From positions 113,522,001 through 113,586,000 of the forward strand of contig OX597816.1 in assembly GCA_951406725.2 (NCBI GenBank): 64,000 nt of DNA. The letters are read 5' to 3'. The notes beneath the pieces are model-generated. The model searched no databases and was not told the DNA's origin. It saw only the letters and a list, made by a program, of their open reading frames with translations. Both the position numbers and the translations under genes were made by a program. Of this stretch, positions 62,751 to 64,000 are shown one piece after another (within the stretch, counting starts at the first letter, position 1; each line of letters begins with the position of its first letter). This DNA comes from Octopus vulgaris (Eukaryota).

Positions 62751-64000
62751 AGTCATTTTGTTTATATTTTAAATCTTATCACAATAATATCATTTTTTCC
62801 TGCATATTAGCATAATGACTTTCCCTAGACACAACAAAATTGTTTTCCCTGTATATGATTATTATTTTTATTTAGTTCAGTACTAAAAAGGATAAATGGT
62901 CTCTGTTTATCCTACTATACTAATTTGAGTGACTTGTAACAGTTGTCCATTTGTAATCATTATTTTGTAATTGATGACAAAAAATCATTAATCTCAGTTC
63001 TGATCATTGTACATGTGGTTTATAATTATGAAGAAAGCTTTTTATTTTCATTTACCATTTAGAGAACATATATGGGGTCTGCTTATATTAAACAGTCAAA
63101 TTATTATAGTAAAAATATCTGTAAAGTATTTTCTCCAATATCCAAATTTGTAAAGCTTGTTACCCATTCATATTCATAAAAGTAGATAGAAAACAGTAAA
63201 AATAACTACAGAAAAGAAGCTAGAGATGTCTAAGTATAACATTTCTATAATCCTATACGTATTTTATATACATTTTACTATAAACTAATCCCAACATAAG
63301 TGCTAATCTGAAGTAAAGAATATTTCCTGAGAAAAGTGCATTTTATTTTCAAAAATAGTTTTGATAAATAGCATCTTTTTTCAAAGATAATAATAAAATA
63401 TCTTAGCTTTATTTGAGCTGATCTGATTGTTTTTATTGTTCTCAGTATTATTGATTGCTTTTACTCTATACCTTTTTGATATCTTTATATATTATGATCA
63501 ATAATAATAATTGTTGAAATCAATATATATATCAATTGATTTCACAGATTCATATCTTGAAGCATATCTTGTTAGTTATACTAAACAATAAAATGTTTAT
63601 AAATGTAGTGTATTTGAATGATTTGTAACTTAATCTAAAATTATTATTATTTTAATAATTTTTTGTTGTGAGATTTGGCTCACAAATTTTGGAGATTTTC
63701 TAGCATGTTATATATTCTTTGGTCTTTACTGAGAAGAATATATTACACATTTCAATTAACAGTTCATTTTTTCACTTAAAAAGAACATGGGATTTTTCAT
63801 AGTTTCTCAGATTGAATGTACTAAGAATGCTTCACTCTGGAGTTTTAGGGTGGAATGTTTCAAACATTTTGTCCAAATGTCCAAGCATTCTAATAATTAC
63901 AAATATCAATTATGATATGGCTGGATTTCACAAAATCTACAAAGATCTTAACATTTATCAAGCTGCCTGTTTTCTGACTATTTTTCAAAAATAGATTTAA

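Noticed and set aside
63812-63994. 60 aa ORF at the window end
   Set aside because: No motif or homology recognised

Overview
AT-rich, repeat-saturated eukaryotic intronic or intergenic DNA. The mix of tRNA-derived SINEs, (TA)/(TG)/(ATT) microsatellites and RTE, CR1 and Penelope fossils resembles an octopus (coleoid cephalopod) genome; this is inference from pattern recognition only. No host protein-coding gene could be supported, and most listed ORFs are microsatellite artefacts. Recognisable content: two CR1-type RT fossils, one decayed near-full-length RTE LINE with many 3' tail copies, a full-length mariner nested in a Tc1/maT-like element, further Tc1/mariner, CRE-like and R4-like fragments, three SINE families, a ~1.2 kb local duplication, and three Penelope-like element (PLE) GIY-YIG fragments. 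The main hidden signal is a set of type-I minimal hammerhead ribozyme (HHR) motifs, most with palindromic stem III. Several lie in fold-back inverted repeats (16.4-17.0 kb, 61.3-61.6 kb, and more weakly 41.4-41.8 kb). One pair has a swapped G3-C8 core, and one lies directly downstream of a tRNA-like Pol III promoter in a PLE 3' region. All structures were read by eye; none was computed or tested.
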